Below, piece by piece: positions 1 through 9,841 of a stretch of 64,000 bases of DNA. A program made the position numbers and the translations under genes. Where the stretch lies: contig CAVPQB010000003.1 in the NCBI GenBank assembly GCA_963707505.1, positions 416,001 through 480,000 on the forward strand, read 5' to 3'. The notes beneath the pieces were generated by a model. The model had not been told where the DNA came from and did not search any database. It worked only from the letters and a program-made list of their open reading frames with translations. Position 1 is the stretch's first letter; each line of letters begins with the position of its first letter. The DNA is from an uncultured Gemmatimonadales bacterium. GTDB lineage: Bacteria; Gemmatimonadota; Gemmatimonadetes; Gemmatimonadales; Gemmatimonadaceae.

Positions 1-951
1 GACCACGAACTCCGCCAGGACCCGTCCGGGAACGCGCTCCTTGTAGAGAGGATCGGGGTACCAGGGCACGGCAGGAGCCGACGAGTCCGCTCGCGCCGGT
101 ATGTCCACCTGATCGGCGGTGTACACCTTGAGACGGTCCACAAGGTCGGCGAGTTGCGCCGCGCTGAGTGATCTTTTCTTTCCTGGCTCGCCCTGGCGGG
201 TCCAGATAACGATCGTTCCGCAAAGTATGGGACCGAGCCGGTCGACGAACTGCGGCGGTACGGTGGCGATGCTCGAGTAGACCTCGATTCCGACAATATC
301 GCTCGGCGTCACCCAGTCCAGATCGAACTCTGCCGCGTTGGCCGGCGTGCCATCGATCCAGACCGACGGCCAGCAGGTATTGCCGCGAATGCGAACATGG
401 GACTCGTCCGCGTTGGTCGTGCTGACCTGCAGTCCCGGAACCATCCGGAGCATGTCAGTGACCCTCATCGGCGCTCGCTCCGCAATTTCGTCGCCGGTGA
501 TGAAATGCCCGAAGCCGAGGTCTCGTCGCTCGTAGAATCCCGCCAGATAACCTTCGTAGTGGCGCGGAAGTTTTGCGCGCACGACCACCCCGCTGAGCTC
601 GTGCGGCACTTCCTTCATCGTCACGTCCACGTGCGTGGTCGTTCCGCTGGTGACCACAACATCGATCGACACCGGCCCGAAGCCCAGCCGCCGAACGCGT
701 AAGGATCCCGGGCCGGGAGGGACTCCCTGGAGGATGAACCGGCCACGATCGTCGCTCTCGGCGTGGAGCGCGGTGCCGGCAACGGAGACCTTCGCTCCGT
801 TGATTCCAATACCGACGGAGTCACGCACAGCGCCGGTGATGGTACCCTGCGCAGCGGCGTTGCGGGCCAACGCCGGCGACGCGCTCAGGATCAGGAGCGC
901 AGGCAGGATTACAGCTGAACCATGTGAGATCCGCACGGATGACCAGTGCAT
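1..951 (-). CDS. Exported protein: carboxypeptidase-regulatory-like domain + TonB-dependent receptor plug + start of TonB C-terminal domain (runs off window edge)
   Basis: Hand translation from ATG at 951 (GAGG upstream), open to base 1 and absent from the ORF track: signal peptide, GTITGAVRDSVG..RVRRLGF, GFYERRDLGFGHFIT..DMLRMVPG..VWIDG..IEVY..CGTIVIWTR, then YPDPLYKERVPGRVLAEFVV. Confidence 0.8.
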   Translation of the reverse strand, partial: MHWSSVRISHGSAVILPALLILSASPALARNAAAQGTITGAVRDSVGIGINGAKVSVAGTALHAESDDRGRFILQGVPPGPGSLRVRRLGFGPVSIDVVVTSGTTTHVDVTMKEVPHELSGVVVRAKLPRHYEGYLAGFYERRDLGFGHFITGDEIAERAPMRVTDMLRMVPGLQVSTTNADESHVRIRGNTCWPSVWIDGTPANAAEFDLDWVTPSDIVGIEVYSSIATVPPQFVDRLGPILCGTIVIWTRQGEPGKKRSLSAAQLADLVDRLKVYTADQVDIPARADSSAPAVPWYPDPLYKERVPGRVLAEFVV

Positions 952-971
952 CTGAACCTCCGGAACGATGG

Positions 972-1229
972 CTACAACGTCTTTCCCTCGACGATCTTTC
1001 CAGTGAACGCACGAAACAACGGTGGCAGGGAGGCAAGCGCCCATACCACTTCGAGGATGATGAACCCGGCGCGCCGGTCATGGATCGCGACCCAGGCCAG
1101 CAGCCCCGATCCAACAAAGTTGAGCACATTGAATGCCGTGCCGTCGCTTCGCATCTTACCCGCCTGCAGGGACACGAATCCGAGGAGCAAGAGGGCCGCG
1201 CCGATTATCGACAGTGCCTGGTAGAACAC
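972..1229 (-). CDS. Small three-helix membrane protein (CBU_0592-like)
   Basis: GTG start 1229; IIGAALLLLGF..FNVLNFVGSGLL..GFIILEVVWALASL. Confidence 0.65.
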   Translation of the reverse strand: MFYQALSIIGAALLLLGFVSLQAGKMRSDGTAFNVLNFVGSGLLAWVAIHDRRAGFIILEVVWALASLPPLFRAFTGKIVEGKTL

Positions 1230-1233
1230 CGCG

Positions 1234-1587
1234 TCAGGCCGCCAGCACGTTCCCGCACTCGGAGCAGTACGCCGCGTCACGCTCCGGGCGGGGGCCGCAG
1301 TGTGCGCAGACCACCTCGCTCGGCGGCGCCGGCTCGCCCGTGCGCATCGCGGCTACGGCACTCTGCGTGTACGACGACTTGAGCTCCGCGTAGTCGGTAT
1401 CCGAAAGCTTCCCGGTTACATGGTCGAACTCGATCTCGCGCAGCGCATCGACCGCGGTCGTGACACCAGTGCTTCGGCTGACCACCCGCGGCGCCGACTT
1501 CATTCCGAGCGGTTCCCGGAATAGTGGATACAGGACGAAGCAGAGCGCCACGATGGCAAGCACGGTTCCAACGATCATTGCGATCAT
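1234..1587 (-). CDS. CcmI-like cytochrome c biogenesis protein with C-terminal zinc ribbon
   Basis: N-terminal TM ending VLYPL; ALREIEFDHVTGKLSDTDY; CAHCG..CSECG; overlaps ccmH by 4 nt. Confidence 0.65.
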   Translation of the reverse strand: MIAMIVGTVLAIVALCFVLYPLFREPLGMKSAPRVVSRSTGVTTAVDALREIEFDHVTGKLSDTDYAELKSSYTQSAVAAMRTGEPAPPSEVVCAHCGPRPERDAAYCSECGNVLAA

Positions 1588-2153
1588 GCGTCGTCCCTCA
1601 TTACTTCGCGCAAACGCTCAAGCTCTTCCGGAGTGGCATGAACGGTATCCTCTGGGATATGCGGTTTTTCCTCCGGCCGGCTCCAGTGCTTCAACAGCGC
1701 AAACACCAACACGCTGCCGGCGCCAAGCGTCACGAATGGAGCCAGATAGCCAAGCCAGTTGAAGCCTTCTTTAGCAGGCGCCATCAACACGCGCTCACCG
1801 TACACCGCGCGAAAAGCGGCAAGGATCTCCTGCGCGCCGTATCCGCCCCCAACCAGCCCCATGACGTCCACATGCATCGGCGGTGAGACAGGACACGTAA
1901 AATCAGTTGTCCTGCAAGTATAGATGTCGAGATTGCAGCCGCACTGGCAGTGAATGTGGTGTTCGAGGTCGTCCCGCTGCGCGTCGCTAAGTTGCGGGGT
2001 GGCGTTCGGCTTCGCGGGCAGTCGCACCGGCTTGTACGTGGCGGCGCTCATGTCCATGTCCATCGAATTCGCCGAGCCCTGCGCACCCGCGACGCGCGCG
2101 ACAGCGAGACTGCCCGCGACAGAAAGCAGAAACTGTCTGCGCCCCATCGTCAT
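1584..2153 (-). CDS. ccmH: Cytochrome c biogenesis protein CcmH (variant Cys motif)
   Basis: IHCQCGC..C..C, EILAAFRAVYGERVLMAP..GFNWLGYLAPF plus TM; overlaps ccmF stop. Confidence 0.8.
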   Translation of the reverse strand: MTMGRRQFLLSVAGSLAVARVAGAQGSANSMDMDMSAATYKPVRLPAKPNATPQLSDAQRDDLEHHIHCQCGCNLDIYTCRTTDFTCPVSPPMHVDVMGLVGGGYGAQEILAAFRAVYGERVLMAPAKEGFNWLGYLAPFVTLGAGSVLVFALLKHWSRPEEKPHIPEDTVHATPEELERLREVMRDDA

Positions 2154-4189
2154 GCGCTTTCCACCGGTATAGCGTCCGGACGCAGCGTCGTCACGTATCC
2201 GCCCTGCTTTCTCCGGCGCTCAGCCTGCGGCCACATCACGATCAGACCACCGATCGCCATGCACATTCCGCCAAGCCATACCCAGCGAACCAGCGGGTTG
2301 AACGTGATTCGTATCTCCCCCGTATCCTGGCCAGTTACGCCGGCGAGTGTCACGTACACATCCTGCCTGAACGATCCCTTGATTCCAACTGCCGTCGCCG
2401 GCTCGAAGGTCGGAACGCGATTGTTCGGGTCGTTGCCGGAGAAGTACTGCCGCTTCTCACTTGTGATGACGCCCATGCGCTTGCCGTCGCGTTTTGTTTC
2501 GAGCGCTATCGCCGTTACTTCGCGATTCAGAACATCGTAGCGCGAAACACCCTGGCTCGTGAACGTCCACGTGTGCCCGAACGGATCGACCAGGGTCTTG
2601 GTATCGCCAGCGGAAATTGTAAGATCGTGTTCCGTCTTGAACGCGAGTCCGGCAAACGCGCAGAAGATGATCACCACGCCGGCATGTACGATGTACCCGC
2701 CATAACGCCGCCGATTCCGCGCGATCAGATGCACGAATGCAACGGGAACCGCTTCGTCGTACATCGAATGCCGCGCGCCAACACCCTTGTAGAACTCCTG
2801 CAGAATCGTCGCTGCGACGAAGCCCGCGAACGCGTATGCGATTATCGCGGACATGCTCCGCATTCCAGCGGCGAACAGGAGCGCCGGCACGATTACGAGC
2901 GCAGCAGCTGGAAAGGTGAACTGTCGCCGCAAGTTCGCGACAGAAGCACGCCGCCACGCAATCAGCGGACCGATTCCGGTCAGCAGCAGCAATAGCAGTC
3001 CCAGCGGAACGTTGACCGCGTTGAAGAACGGCGGCCCAACCGTGATCTTGGTGCCGCGCACGGCTTCAGTAAGAATCGGAAACAGCGTTCCCCACAATAC
3101 CGAAAACGCGATTCCAACCAGTACGAGATTGTTGTACAGGAACGCCGCCTCGCGGCTCACCATGCTCTCGAGCACTGCGTTGGCCTTGAGGTCCTTGAGA
3201 CGCGTGGTGACGAGATACACGCTCACGATGATCGCGACGCCAAGGAATCCGGCGAACCAGTTGCCGACCGGCGACTGAGCGAAAGAGTGAACGCTGGATA
3301 TCACTCCACTGCGAGTGATGAACGTCCCGAAGATCGACAGCAGGAAGGAGCAAATGACGAGCGTCACGTTCCACTTGCGCAGCATGCCGCGCTTTTCCTG
3401 CACCATCACCGAATGCAGAAAGGCAGTCGTCGTGAGCCATGGAAGCAGACTGGCATTTTCGACTGGATCCCAGGCCCAGTAGCCGCCCCAGCCGAGCTCG
3501 ACATACGCCCACCACATGCCGAGTATGATTCCCGTCGTGTTGAAGAACCAGCTGACCAGCGCCCAGCGTCGTACCGCGACAAGCCATTCAGCGTCGAGCC
3601 GGCGCGTAACCAGCGCCGCGATCGCGAATGCGAACGGAATGCTGGTCCCGACGTAACCGAGATAGAGATTCGGCGGATGGATCGCCATTCCCGGATTCTG
3701 GAGCTGCGGATTCATTCCGCGCCCATCGACCGGTAGCCAGTCCAGCCGCTCGTACGGATTCGAGCCGAAGCAGAGCGTCGCAAGGAAGAAGATCGCGATC
3801 ACGGCGAGCGTTCCGATCACGTACGGCATCAGCTCGCGATTGCGGCTGCGACTCGTCAACACGGCGAGCGACGAGAAGAAAGTGAGGATCAGAACCCAGA
3901 ACAACATCGATCCTGCCTGGCCGCCCCAGAACGCCGTGAACAGATAGGCCTTCGGCAGATTCGCGCTGGTGTACGACGCCACGTACTTGAACGAGAAATC
4001 GTGGGTGAAGATCGCCGTCCACAATCCGGCCGAAGCAAGAACCACCATCGCGAACGTCGCGTAAGTTCCGCGCTCCGCACTCGCGATGAGATCCTGGCGC
4101 TTGAGCGAGCCGCCGGCAAAAGACACGGTCGCCGTCCAGACCGCCATCAACAAGGCGACCCACAGCGACAGCTCACCAACGAGAATCAT
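2150..4189 (-). CDS. ccmF: Heme lyase CcmF
   Basis: WWD motif WAYVELGWGGYWAWDPVEN, HPP, TRSG..SVHSF; 679 aa multi-TM. Confidence 0.97.
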   Translation of the reverse strand: MILVGELSLWVALLMAVWTATVSFAGGSLKRQDLIASAERGTYATFAMVVLASAGLWTAIFTHDFSFKYVASYTSANLPKAYLFTAFWGGQAGSMLFWVLILTFFSSLAVLTSRSRNRELMPYVIGTLAVIAIFFLATLCFGSNPYERLDWLPVDGRGMNPQLQNPGMAIHPPNLYLGYVGTSIPFAFAIAALVTRRLDAEWLVAVRRWALVSWFFNTTGIILGMWWAYVELGWGGYWAWDPVENASLLPWLTTTAFLHSVMVQEKRGMLRKWNVTLVICSFLLSIFGTFITRSGVISSVHSFAQSPVGNWFAGFLGVAIIVSVYLVTTRLKDLKANAVLESMVSREAAFLYNNLVLVGIAFSVLWGTLFPILTEAVRGTKITVGPPFFNAVNVPLGLLLLLLTGIGPLIAWRRASVANLRRQFTFPAAALVIVPALLFAAGMRSMSAIIAYAFAGFVAATILQEFYKGVGARHSMYDEAVPVAFVHLIARNRRRYGGYIVHAGVVIIFCAFAGLAFKTEHDLTISAGDTKTLVDPFGHTWTFTSQGVSRYDVLNREVTAIALETKRDGKRMGVITSEKRQYFSGNDPNNRVPTFEPATAVGIKGSFRQDVYVTLAGVTGQDTGEIRITFNPLVRWVWLGGMCMAIGGLIVMWPQAERRRKQGGYVTTLRPDAIPVESA

Positions 4190-4228
4190 TGTAAGGAAAA
4201 GTTGAGCGCGGTCATCGCCGCGCTGTCA

Positions 4229-4651
4229 TCACGTCTGAGTGCGCGCTGGACGATCCGGCGCGTTCTCATACCGCGAGGCACACTTGGCGAGAAGCGTCGT
4301 CGCATGAAATACCTGGTCGCGCCCCAGGCGGCCCTCTACCACTACATCAACGCTGTCCGTGAACGTATCCGGCGTGATGCCACGATAGTCCACGTTGTAC
4401 GTGTGCGTCCCGTCAGTCATTCGGAACGACGTCTCGCGTCCGCCGGGCTGGCGCACGATCGAGCCACTGACAACGCGTGCTCCAACCTTGACACCCGTAT
4501 TGTAGAACGTGGGGTCGGTCGCAATCTTGCTCGAAAGCTCGGTCGGCGTCAGATAATACGTCGCCGTCTTACTGATGGAGTTCGCCATCAGATATCCGGC
4601 CACGCCGAGTATCAGCGCACCGCCAGTGAGGAATTTGGTGCTCGCTTTCAC
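4229..4651 (-). CDS. ccmE: Heme chaperone CcmE, CxxxY type
   Basis: TM then YYLTPTE..V..GSI..YRGITPDTF..VVVEG..LLAKCASRY; likely GTG start 4651. Confidence 0.92.
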   Translation of the reverse strand: MKASTKFLTGGALILGVAGYLMANSISKTATYYLTPTELSSKIATDPTFYNTGVKVGARVVSGSIVRQPGGRETSFRMTDGTHTYNVDYRGITPDTFTDSVDVVVEGRLGRDQVFHATTLLAKCASRYENAPDRPARTQT

Positions 4652-4762
4652 AGCGTTGAAATATATCCTCTCGTACGCCCGCAAATGGAGCGGCTAAAGC
4701 CCAAGGCGCGAATGGCCAGCGCTGCCGACCGGCCCCCCCACCGCCGCACGCCTCGGCAGCGG

Positions 4763-6055
4763 TCACAGGGACTTGAGATACTGTACCAGATCGGCCTTCT
4801 GCTGGGCGGTGAGATTCAGCGCCAGCTTGGAATTATACCGGTCCACCACATCTGCCAGCGTCGCCGCGCTTCCGTCATGGAAATACGGCGGATGCTGCCA
4901 CACTCCCTTTAGAGGCGATGTTCTCCACTGTTTGGTCGCCGTCCGCAGCGCATACGTCGGATCGGTCGGTATCTCGGATGGGGCATGGAGACGCGTGTTA
5001 CCGTCGGTAAACTCCTGGCCCACGTGACACTGCGCACATTTGCCAGCGCCGGCGAATACCACCTGCCCGCGTGCCGCCGCAGTCGCGTCGAACGACCCGG
5101 CAGGCGCGGCAGGCGCGCTCAGACTGAGCTGATATGCCTGCAGCGCAGGAAGATTCGGCTCCACGAGATTAGGCGCCGGCTGCTGCACGTTGATCCCCAG
5201 ACGCGGTTCTGAAAAATTGCCCTGTCCGTGCATCTGAGTGACGGCGACGTACCGATTCCAATATTCCAGATCCGTCCCGTCGCCAGTAAACGTCACCGAA
5301 TGCAGCCCCGCCAACCCGTACGCCGGCGGTATCACGGTGGGGCCGTTCTTCCCGTCGAAGTTGTACCGCGGGTCGTACTTTCCCGCCCCCCAAGAGTTGT
5401 ATACTGCCTTCTGGGCAGGAGTGAGCGCTCCCGACAGCGCGATGATAGCCCCCGGATTCAGGTCTCGATTTGGCCATCCGTCCAGCCTGTGGCCGATCCC
5501 GGGTGCGAATGCATCATCCACCGTCGAGTGACACAGCGCGCACGTAATTCCCACCCGCGTCAACGAGTCACGTCCGTTCACAGTCACGACCGTCCCGCGC
5601 ACGCCGACGACGGCACCCAGCTTGATGAGCGCGACCGTGGTCGCCGGACTCTTCAGGTCCACCCGCCCGGCCTGAATCGCCTGCACCAATGCCGCGGGCA
5701 GCGTATCCATGTCCACCTTGAGCCCCACCGACAACGCGGTCGTCGGATCGACCGCAGCCTGAATCACGCGCTCCATGTGCAGCGTGTCGGTCCAGAACTT
5801 CTCGTCGCCGAAGGTCTCGAACCTGAAGATCTGCTTGCCGCTCGCAACCAGCTGCGGCGACGGCGGCGGCTCCATGGGATTGCGGTCGCTGTTACAGGCG
5901 ACGACGCTTGCGCCCGACGCAGCTATAAGGAAGAGGAGCATCCAACTCTGGAACCGATCACGCGTAATCCTGCGACCTTTCGCTACTGCGCGGTTGATCC
6001 ACGATCCTGACAGCATGGCTCGACTCCGTTTTCGGTTTTGATCGGTCTCCAGCAC
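4763..6055 (-). CDS. Di-heme c-type cytochrome, CcP/MauG-like C-terminus, probable lipoprotein (true start may be downstream)
   Basis: CALCH and CAQCH heme motifs; PPYFHDGSAATL; hydrophobic segment ending VVAC. Confidence 0.8.
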   Translation of the reverse strand: MLETDQNRKRSRAMLSGSWINRAVAKGRRITRDRFQSWMLLFLIAASGASVVACNSDRNPMEPPPSPQLVASGKQIFRFETFGDEKFWTDTLHMERVIQAAVDPTTALSVGLKVDMDTLPAALVQAIQAGRVDLKSPATTVALIKLGAVVGVRGTVVTVNGRDSLTRVGITCALCHSTVDDAFAPGIGHRLDGWPNRDLNPGAIIALSGALTPAQKAVYNSWGAGKYDPRYNFDGKNGPTVIPPAYGLAGLHSVTFTGDGTDLEYWNRYVAVTQMHGQGNFSEPRLGINVQQPAPNLVEPNLPALQAYQLSLSAPAAPAGSFDATAAARGQVVFAGAGKCAQCHVGQEFTDGNTRLHAPSEIPTDPTYALRTATKQWRTSPLKGVWQHPPYFHDGSAATLADVVDRYNSKLALNLTAQQKADLVQYLKSL

Positions 6056-6160
6056 GTCTCGCCAAGGGCGCTGAATGCCGATCTCTAAATAAGTGAAGGT
6101 TTTCCTTGACTTATTTATCTAACCCGATTGCCGTCGTCGCTGGGTAAGATTTTTGTCAGA

Positions 6161-6800
6161 TTATTCCGAGCCGAGGCGGCGCTGCAGTAGCGAAAGGGCG
6201 TTATCCAGCAATGCCTTGTGCCCACCGCCGTGTATCCAGCTGCTCGCACCGGATGGATGCGGCAAAGGAATTACGCTGACGTCGCGCCCGTGCAGCTCAC
6301 GAACGTGCTCCCTGCCAATCAGGACTTCCAGCGGAGCATGGCCAAGAAATCGGTCGATCGCGAGGCGCCCAACGGGGATTACCACCGCGGGCCTGATCAG
6401 CGCGAGCTCCGCGTCCAGCCAGTGGCTGCACAGCTCCTGTTCTGCGGGCGACGGCACGCGGTCGCCGCGACCACTCTTGCTCGCACCAGGATAGCAGCGC
6501 GTGATCGCGGCGATGTAAATCTGCTCGCGCGCCTCGTCTTCACTGAGCCCGGCCTGCGCCAGCCACCTGAACAGGCGTCTTGCCCGCGCGCCCTGCGAAC
6601 GGCCGCTGACTGGTTATCTCGACCTGGCCCGGCGCCTGACCCACCAACATGGCGCGCGGGCGCCGTGCCATCGATACTATCGGAATCGCTCCCGCAACCC
6701 TGTCGCCACACGCTCGGCACGCGCTCAACGCCGCGCAGTGCCGCTCCAACTTTCGTTCGAGATCGCGCCCGATGTCGCACTCGAGTAGCCCGCCAGACAT
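6161..6800 (-). CDS. Uracil-DNA glycosylase family protein (one indel near 6574)
   Basis: CRAC..LVGQAPG..PFAGRAGKT in one frame; LFRWL..ITRCYPG..LPHPSGAS in the next. Confidence 0.85.
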
Positions 6801-6815
6801 TCGCGAAATAAACCT

Positions 6816-7835
6816 CTACGCCGGATCGGTGCGTCTCCGTTGACGACGGTCCGGAAAATATTCGTCCAGAAACTGAATAAGTGCACGCTCTTCGGGCGTC
6901 CGTGAGCCGCGCGCTGAGCGATGAGTGGCGGATGCCGCTAATCGTATTGTATCACCGTGGGCCAGATATCGCTCGATGACCACCGGATGCACGTACGATT
7001 CTCTGCAGATTGTCGGCGTATTACCAAGCTCAGCCGCGACGAGCCTGATTGCGGTCGCAACATTCTTCTTCGCGTCGCGCTCCGATGGCGCGGCGCCAAT
7101 ATCCGCGAGCACGGTCGCCGCGCGCAACGTTCCACCCCATGTCCGGAAGTCCTTGGCGCTGTATGGAAATCCCGCAAGCTCCTTGAGATACTCGTTGACG
7201 TCAGCGGATTCCACGTTGCGCCACGCACCATCACCGTCCTGATATCGAAACAGCCGCCGTCCGGGAACTTTCAGCAACGACTCGACGAAGCGCGCAAGAT
7301 CTCGGCTCACGACAGTCTTACGATGTCGGATCGATCGCTTGCCCACATAGTCGAAGACGATCGCGTCGCCATCAACACTGACATGTGACTTCCTCAGCGT
7401 CGTCAGACCGAACGTTCCGTTCTCCTTCGCGTATCTGTCGTTCCCGATTCGAAAGAAGCCGTCCGCAAGGAACCGGATGACGGCAGCGTTGAGTTTCTCG
7501 CGAGAGAAATCCTTTCGCCGGAAGTCCTCCGCCACGCGCCGTCGAATCGCAGGCAGATCACGCGCCATCTGCCGGACGCGATAAAGCTTCCGCCGCTGGC
7601 CACGCTTCACGGCATTCGGATGATACCGGTACTGCTTGCGACCGCGAACGTCGAATCCCCACGCCTGAATCGCCGCTCGCTCGCTCGCAGCGATATGAAC
7701 GTCGGTCCACGCGGGCGGGATCGCCAGCGCATCGATCTGCGCGGCGCGCGCAGCACTCACCGCCTTTCCCGCCGGCGTCACGTAGCTGAAACGGCCGCGC
7801 TTCCTTCCGATTCTCGAGAGCCAGGTTTGGCGCAT
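6816..7835 (-). CDS. DNA topoisomerase IB, bacterial type
   Basis: IPPAWTDV, GRKQYRYH, FRIGN..Y, AKDFRTW, LGNTPTICRESYVHP. Confidence 0.95.
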   Translation of the reverse strand: MRQTWLSRIGRKRGRFSYVTPAGKAVSAARAAQIDALAIPPAWTDVHIAASERAAIQAWGFDVRGRKQYRYHPNAVKRGQRRKLYRVRQMARDLPAIRRRVAEDFRRKDFSREKLNAAVIRFLADGFFRIGNDRYAKENGTFGLTTLRKSHVSVDGDAIVFDYVGKRSIRHRKTVVSRDLARFVESLLKVPGRRLFRYQDGDGAWRNVESADVNEYLKELAGFPYSAKDFRTWGGTLRAATVLADIGAAPSERDAKKNVATAIRLVAAELGNTPTICRESYVHPVVIERYLAHGDTIRLAASATHRSARGSRTPEERALIQFLDEYFPDRRQRRRTDPA

Positions 7836-7902
7836 GTCCGGCGATCCAAGCAAGAAGGCTGCCTTCCAGGACCGGTCGCCCAGCGGCGCTTATATTCAGC
7901 GC

Positions 7903-8685
7903 ATGTCTTCCTATGACTTTATCACCTTTGAAGTCGCCGACCGGATCGCGACGATCACGGTCAACCGGCCCGACAAGCTCAACGCGCTCAACTCGGCGAC
8001 GATCGCCGAGCTCGGCGTCGCGATCGACGACGCGCGAGTACGACAGGACGTTGGGGGCGTGATACTCACCGGCGCCGGACGCGCGTTCATCGCCGGCGCA
8101 GACATCAGCGAGCTGCAGGGACAATCGCCATTCGTGGCGAAAGGCCGCTCGCGCGCCGGACAGGAAGTTTTTCGCCGCTACGAGATGTGTCCCAAGCCCG
8201 TCATCGCGGCGGTCAACGGATTCGCGTTGGGCGGCGGATGTGAGCTCGCCATGGCGTGCCATGTGCGCATCGCCTCGGAGCACGCCAGGTTCGGCCAGCC
8301 GGAAGTGAAGCTGGGAATCCTTCCCGGTTACGGCGGCACGCAGCGGCTCCCGCGTCTCGTTGGCAAGGGACGCGCGCTGCAGCTTCTCATGACGGGCGAG
8401 ATGATCGACGCGGAGGAAGCGCTGCGGATCGGACTCGTGAATCGCGTGGTGCACGCTGCCGAGTTGATCGGAGCTGCGCAGATAATGTTGAAGCAGATCA
8501 TGCAGAACGCTCCGCTCGCGGTCGCGCTCAGCATCGAAGCCGTGGACCGTGGACTCGGCATGACGCTCGACGAAGGCCTGACGCTCGAGGCGAATCATTT
8601 TGGCTTGCTCGCCGCAACCGACGACATGAAGGAAGGTATGTCGGCATTTCTCGAGAAGCGCACGCCGGGCTTCAACGGACGCTGA
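7903..8685 (+). CDS. Enoyl-CoA hydratase/crotonase
   Basis: NRPDKLNAL, AFIAGADI, GFALGGGCELA, GQPEVKLGILPGYGGTQRL. Confidence 0.95.
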   Translation: MSSYDFITFEVADRIATITVNRPDKLNALNSATIAELGVAIDDARVRQDVGGVILTGAGRAFIAGADISELQGQSPFVAKGRSRAGQEVFRRYEMCPKPVIAAVNGFALGGGCELAMACHVRIASEHARFGQPEVKLGILPGYGGTQRLPRLVGKGRALQLLMTGEMIDAEEALRIGLVNRVVHAAELIGAAQIMLKQIMQNAPLAVALSIEAVDRGLGMTLDEGLTLEANHFGLLAATDDMKEGMSAFLEKRTPGFNGR

Positions 8686-8727
8686 CGGAGACGCGGAAGC
8701 GTTGCCGTAACGGCTGGTCGCACACGA

Positions 8728-9841
8728 ATGGCGCTTCTCGATCGTCTCTCGATCCGCGACTTCCGCAACGTCGTACGTGCGGAGCTCACGTTTCCGGCAG
8801 AGGGTGTAGTCATCATTGGCGACAATGGCCAGGGGAAGACGAACATTCTGGAGGCGATCTACTACTTCCAGCTTCTTCGCTCCGTTCGCGGCGCGCGCGA
8901 CGCAGATCTCGTGCGCTTCGGCGCGAGTGCATTTCATCTGCACGCAACAGTTGCAACCAACGGTGAGCACGAGATCTCCGCGGCGTTCGGTCGCGGACGA
9001 AAGCGCGTAACCGCCGACGGCGCGGAGGTGAAGCGTCTGAGCGGTGCGCTTGGCTCACTTCCGGCGATCGTGATATCACCGCGCGATGTCGCGCTCGTGA
9101 GCGGATCGCCCAGCGAGCGACGCCGATTTCTGGACGTTGCTCTGGCACTCACATCGCCCCGCTACCTCAACGCGCTGCAGCAGTACCGCGCAGCGCTCAC
9201 GCAGCGAAACGCCGCATTGCGTGGAGTTGCACGCGGAGTCCAGTCCGATGAAAGCGTGGCCGCGTGGGAACCCGCGCTCGCGACCAGCGGTGCCGTTCTA
9301 CGTGGCCGAGCGGGTTGCATGGATGGATCAGCATGAGCGCGAGTACACGCGAATCACCGCCGCGATCGGCGAGCCTGAGCCGATGACCATGCGCTACGTG
9401 ACGTCGATCGCGAATCCGCGAGACGCGGCAGACGAGTTGAGCGACACGCTCGCTCGCAAGCGCACGCTGGATATCCGCCGAGGATTGACGCATGCCGGGC
9501 CGCATCGGGACGACGTTGCGCTGCAGATCGGAGGTCATGATCTGCGCACTTTCGGCTCTGGCGGTCAGCAGCGCACCGCGGCGATCACGCTACGGCTCCT
9601 CGAGGCCGAGACACTCAAGGCGCACGCCGGCACCGATCCGTTGCTGCTGCTGGACGATCCGTTCGCGGAGCTGGATGTGCGGCGCAGTGCACACATTCTG
9701 GCGTTGCTCCAGGAAGCCGTGACCGGTCAGACCATTCTGACGGTGCCGCGCGCAGGCGACATCCCGCCCAATCTGAGCCGCCTGGCGCGCTGGCACATCG
9801 CGACCGGCGCGATTGCAGCCGGGGGCGACAATGTCCAGTAA
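8728..9841 (+). CDS. recF: DNA replication/repair protein RecF (one indel near 9300)
   Basis: FRN, GDNGQGKTNILEAI, GSPSERRRFLD; second frame GPHRDD, GSGGQQRT, LLLDDPFAELD. Confidence 0.93.
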
